Below are positions 62,433-64,000 of a stretch of DNA of 64,000 nucleotides, one piece after another (position 1 is the first letter of the stretch; each line of letters starts with the position of its first letter). The position numbers were made by a program, and so were the translations under genes. The stretch covers positions 186,001-250,000 of the forward strand of contig JAPETS010000023.1 in NCBI GenBank assembly GCA_026023565.1. Direction: 5' to 3'. A model generated the notes under the pieces. That model worked only from the letters and a program-made list of their open reading frames with translations. It did not search any database and was not told the DNA's origin. The stretch comes from Cirrosporium novae-zelandiae (taxonomy: Eukaryota).

Positions 62433-64000
62433 TCAGATAATTTCTCCGTCGCCCTCTTCAACACCTTCCCCCTCTTCCTCATCCCAATCAACATCTTTGG
62501 CTGCCTCTTCTGCCCTCCTCTGCACTTCTGCGAGCCCGCTCAATTCCTCTACATATCCCGGCTCATTTAATGCTTTCTGTACGAATTCCCATGGATCTGC
62601 CTCGTAAGCTTCAATCACCTTATCACTGCATGCGGAACAGCAATCATAGCTCCGACCTCGGATGACCATATTTTGGAAGGTCGAGAGGAAGCCGCGGATT
62701 TGGTGAGGAACGAGGCCAAGCGGGTGGGTTGGAGGAGAGCGTTCAGAGCTTTGAGAAGTGGGTGCGGGTGCTAAGCCGCCGAGTGGATGTTGGAGAACAG
62801 AGACGAGGAGCTCGACAAGAAGGGCAGAGGCAATGCCGGCAATACCGGGGCGGGTGACCGTACATTGCTGGTCGAGAGTCTGGTCTTTGATGGACTGGAG
62901 AGTAGTTAGCCTATTGGCGCTGTAGCTGAAATGGGAGCAAGGGGAAATACTTACGTCTGCTGGTGCTACAACGTCATTGCAAAAGTAGCAGCCAAGTTCC
63001 TCGTCGCGATTTGATGAAAAACGTTGACCATGTCGCATAACAACATACGTATCAAAGCCCAAGGCAGCATTCATGATTAATTTACCAGCCGATTTTCCCA
63101 TTACAGTAGGTAGCCATCGAGATTCTCGAGTGTCCATGAGTAATATAATAACATCATGAGATTCAATTAGGCTCTTCAATGTCTCGAATTCTTCTTGGGT
63201 CTTTGCGGCGTCCGTAATTGGATGACCAGCCATGGGTACAGACATGACATGACCCTCAGAATCAACACTAGGGAAAATTTCAGTAAGAGCTTCAGCAGCC
63301 CGATACGCTTTTTTAGCTCCTCCCTCAAGACAGTCTTTGAAATCGAACAAAGGCTGCCTGACAGGATTTGAATAGGACACGGTCGCGTTGTCGACAAAGG
63401 TAATCTTTCTTACTCCCCAAGCCTAATTTAAATATAAGGATATTGCCAATTACAGAGTGCGATATTAAAGCTTACAAGAAGATTCCTGGCAACATAGCTG
63501 CCCAAAGTACCAGCACCGAGCAGCAGACATTTAGTGTTCTTAATTTTCTCTAAATCAAGATCCGGAGCAATACGCCACTTCATCAATTTGAGATTTAAAT
63601 CTGCAGATTGATCGGCGAGTCTATGGTTTATTTAGTACAGTGCATCAGATAAAAGCGTGGGACCTACCGCTGAGGATCCATATATTCTGTCAGATCGGCC
63701 AATTTTCCAGCCAGTTTGCCAGCGGGATTACGTTCCCATCCTGTAACCTTAGGCATCGGTGGTAGCGTCTGGGATTGGTCTTCGGGCGTTTCTTTAGACT
63801 CCACTGGTCCAGATGACGTTAGATCAAGAATGATACTATTAGCATCGTCTCGTCGACTTGGGGTGTCTCTATAGCATAAAATTCGAACTCTGTCGAGCTT
63901 CCAGCGTTGACGAATAAGCACTAATAGATTTCTCAACATCCAACCTGGAGCATGTGCATATGTGGATGGATCCGCAAAACAGACAAAACAATCTTCTTGG
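62433..64000 (-). CDS. ATG7: Autophagy E1-like enzyme Atg7, 3' part (5' end beyond right edge)
   Basis: [48 protein letters not shown], and catalytic [10 protein letters not shown]. Confidence 0.96.

Noticed and set aside
627..62435. Programmed TGA-CTA readthrough producing cryptic PTS1 isoforms
   Set aside because: I inspected the stop contexts of most called genes and none showed the TGA-CTA motif.

Overview
Gene-dense euchromatic segment of a filamentous ascomycete (Pezizomycotina) nuclear genome, with short spliceosomal introns and CTRAY branch sites. I can support about 23 protein-coding genes and one probable pseudogene. Most are housekeeping: PUP1 (partial), NUP159, complex I NDUFB4, SacI phosphatase, NIPA Mg2+ transporter, delta-COP, APC4, importin-beta, RPS22, CAS1, PSD1, VPS52, eIF5A, RRN7 and ATG7 (partial). 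There is no CRISPR array, tRNA, rRNA or intact transposon. Notable points: (i) the RPS22 locus hosts an intronic snR44-type H/ACA snoRNA and has a structured 5'-UTR intron whose first 3' splice site is buried in a hairpin (candidate autoregulatory splicing switch); (ii) a TauD dioxygenase / GFA / GST trio sits between housekeeping genes; (iii) an intronless LanC-like gene keeps its metal and catalytic motifs; (iv) a zinc-finger gene is interrupted by one in-frame TAG; (v) an F-box-like gene carries two lesions next to AT/TpA-rich DNA; (vi) there are two GC-AG introns and a 5' C-rich to 3' G-rich skew inside several genes. Family calls come from motifs recognised by eye, not database searches, and exon boundaries are manual. 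I found no clearly proven new system; the RPS22 intron switch and the TauD/GFA/GST trio are the best candidates.
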